A DNA stretch of 64,000 bases, taken from Eledone cirrhosa. Lineage: Eukaryota. This document shows, piece after piece, positions 61,151 to 64,000 of the stretch. A program made the position numbers and the translations under genes. Location: the NCBI GenBank assembly GCA_964016885.1, contig OZ024742.1, forward strand, positions 188,294,001 through 188,358,000, given 5' to 3'. Position 1 is the first letter of the stretch; each line of letters starts with the position of its first letter. The notes under the pieces were generated by a model. That model saw only the letters and a program-made list of their open reading frames with translations, was not told the origin of the DNA and did not search any database.

Positions 61151-61430
61151 TATGTGTGTGTGTGTGTGCGTGTTTATGTGTGTGTGTGTGTAAAAGGCAA
61201 ACAGAGACAAGAACACAATCGGCACAGTACATGGAAGGTATGTATTAGGTTAACCCTTGATATAGCAGGAAGAGGGTCTTAAATTTTTGGTCGTTAGTCC
61301 TTCATCAGAAGAAAGAATGAGAAATAAAATAGATTGAGGGGACGGGCGGGTTGGAATTGGGAAAAATGTCTTTAGATAAAAATAACAGGCCCATTGATGT
61401 TGACATCTCTTGCAATATATATATATATAT

Positions 61431-61983
61431 ATATATTGGTAAACAGAAAAGAAAATGCTGAGAAATTGTTCACAGTTGAAAAATGGTTTAATTAGGAATA
61501 AAAGAGTATTAGTGATTGTATGGGTTAGTATTCAGTTGTGGTTTTAAGTTTTTAAGTTTTTACCGGTTGCGCATTTCTAAATGCTTTTCAAAAATAATTT
61601 TGAGATAGAGTGTCCGTGCTGTTTGCTCTGATCTGATTAGTTTTGGGAATTCTACCTGTTTTTATGTTAAAAAAGTGGCTCCAGCGTTATGTTTGTGTTG
61701 CAAAGCACTTTTGCAACACAAAAATAACGCTGGAGCCACTTTTTTAACATAAAAACAGGTAGAATTCCCAAAACTAATCAGATCAGAGCAAACAGCACGG
61801 ACACTCTATCTCAAAATTATTTTTGAAAAGCATTTAGAAATGCGCAACCGGTAAAAACTTAAAAACTTAAAACCACAACTGAATACTAACCCATACAATC
61901 ACTAATACTCTTTTATTCCTAATTAAACCATTTTTCAACTGTGAACAATTTCTCAGCATTTTCTTTTCTGTTTACCAATATAT
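61431..61983. repeat. About 550-bp near-perfect palindrome with a 5-nt loop (61705-61709), (TA)n flanks
   Basis: attggtaaacagaaaag... is mirrored by ...cttttctgtttaccaat. Confidence 0.92.
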
Positions 61984-62013
61984 AATAACTTGTGTGTTAC
62001 ACCTCTATTCTTT

Positions 62014-62064
<51 letters not shown>

Positions 62065-62766
62065 CTATTAAGTTAGACATCGCCTGGGCCAATACTGGCC
62101 AACACCTATGATAGTTAGCAAAGTTATATATACATATATATATATATATGTGTGTGTGTGTCTGTTTGTGTACGTGTGTGTGTGTGTGTGTGTGTGTATA
62201 CAGAAACTTATATATTCTGCATGCATACACAGGCAGGTACACATATGTATATGTATTATACAGGCATTTAGTTATATGTACACACATAGGCATACACATA
62301 GGTATATATGTGTATATGTGTTAACCACATAACTGAAAGTTTTTTCTGAATTAACATTTTAAATGTCTAAACCGATCAAGAAACATTTAACGAATTTTAT
62401 TTATATCTTTCTGAGAGAAGCGAGGATTCCATTTTTATATAATCTACTTTCCGAATTACAAATAACAGGACAGTCATGAGGATGGTTTTGGAAATGTTAT
62501 CTGTGAATAGCTTGCCAAAAACTCTAAATCAAATGAACTTAGTCTTCTTTACTTATTCCATCAAGGAAATTTTCCGATAATATAAATATAGTGAATCACA
62601 AGAATTGAAATAGTTTGGCAATATTTCAATGTATGTAAAACTTTGAAAACCTCCCCAACACCGCCACTAATAAATGCTTCCTCATCCTCCCGTCACTAGC
62701 CCTACACTCCCTCTCTCTCTACTAATTTTGAATTTCTATATATTCTCAGGTTATTTTCTGTCACCA

Positions 62767-62876
<110 letters not shown>

Positions 62877-62883
62877 TCTACCT

Positions 62884-62917
<34 letters not shown>

Positions 62918-62953
62918 CTATCTCTCTCTGTGTCTGTCTGTCTCTGTATATGT

Positions 62954-63153
62954 TCTGGAGATCTCTCTGCACTTGTGGTCACATGGTACCATGGGCCCAG
63001 CACTATGTGTCAATAATTGTCACAAGTGTAGTGTTTGTACCAGAGGTTTGAAGTTGCTGGCTGGACTAAAATGTCACTCGTTCAGCGCATTGGTAGGAGT
63101 TCTCCTACATGGATATAAAGTAGTGGCCGTACTCGAAAACGAGTTGGCAGCCA

Positions 63154-63156
<3 letters not shown>
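62954..63156 (+). mobile_element. RTE-like 3'-end fragment with (TA)n tail
   Basis: Near identical to 34577-34781. Confidence 0.65.
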
Positions 63157-63194
<38 letters not shown>

Positions 63195-63239
63195 GATAGG
63201 ATCAGTTTCAAACCCGATACTTTATTATATATATATATG

Positions 63240-63319
<80 letters not shown>

Positions 63320-64000
63320 TAAATTAGCGAAAATCGTACTTCAGCTCAGGAATTAACGAAAATCAATGTCCGATATGTGTGGCAAGCGCTCGATGATTCA
63401 TGTGAATCAGAGCTACAACATATGTTAAGGGCCAAACACACTGAGATGATGGTTAAACAGATCATCCGCACAGCCAAAACAAACGACCAAGTAATTCGGG
63501 TCAAACAATAAAAATATGTGATTGATAATTTACCCGGACCCTGGACTATTGGTAAAATCCAGTAGTTGCCTAAAACCGTTAACCAGAACCTTGTTAAACA
63601 CATGAAGGAAGCAAATCATTTACACGTATTGTCCTCCAACTAAACTCCTACGACATAGATGTCCCTGTGAATTGTTCATCGACCTGATAAACGTAATAAA
63701 AGATCTGTGAAATGACAGACATCTTATATAGATCAACATCTCTGACTTCTGAGATCAAACACACATTGTAATTCATGATATATTATAAACTGAGATCTGA
63801 TAAATCGTTCGTACATCTTCCTTAAATATTAGTAACCTGTTAGTAATCATATTTACCATCGAAAGACAGACCTCCGGCAGCGTCAAAGATGAGTGTTCTA
63901 GTTGTTCAATGAGCGTAACTGTCGGATCGTGATTTAATCGAATATCTTCCCTTTACATTGCTGGTCTTGTACCAAACGTAGAAACAATAACCAATTGAAT

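Noticed and set aside
61277-61312. Minus-strand hammerhead-like remnant (tctt-CTGATGA...aaga)
   Set aside because: GAAA is mutated and stems II/III are decayed, so it is counted only as a relic.
63346-63603. 85-aa ORF in non-repetitive-looking sequence
   Set aside because: No recognisable domain or splice structure. Probably a TE remnant.

Overview
Eukaryotic, AT-rich, microsatellite-dense repeat DNA. The SINE content and (TA)n/(CA)n/(TTA)n load suggest an octopus or other cephalopod genome (inference). No host protein-coding gene or exon could be supported. Recognisable elements are: a near full-length Tx1/L1-clade LINE (1-4953, two in-frame stops); a nested array of Dong/R4-type RLE LINEs sitting in (TAA)n tracts; RTE fragments; a Helitron with both ends intact (35096-38795); Chapaev3-like and mariner remnants; Penelope-like remnants; and more than 20 copies of one tRNA-derived SINE. 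The main unexplained signal is non-coding. At least 8 distinct short sequence families carry type-I hammerhead ribozyme motifs (stem I-CUGANGA-stem II-GAAA-stem III-UH-stem I). They are usually flanked by (TA)n and arranged as long fold-back palindromes or as partial tandem monomers of about 550-680 bp plus an inverted copy. This looks like a diverse population of Penelope-pLTR or retrozyme-like ribozyme elements. Two RTE-type 5' ends also share a covarying pseudoknot with HDV-like topology. All folds were read by eye; no folding or database search was run.
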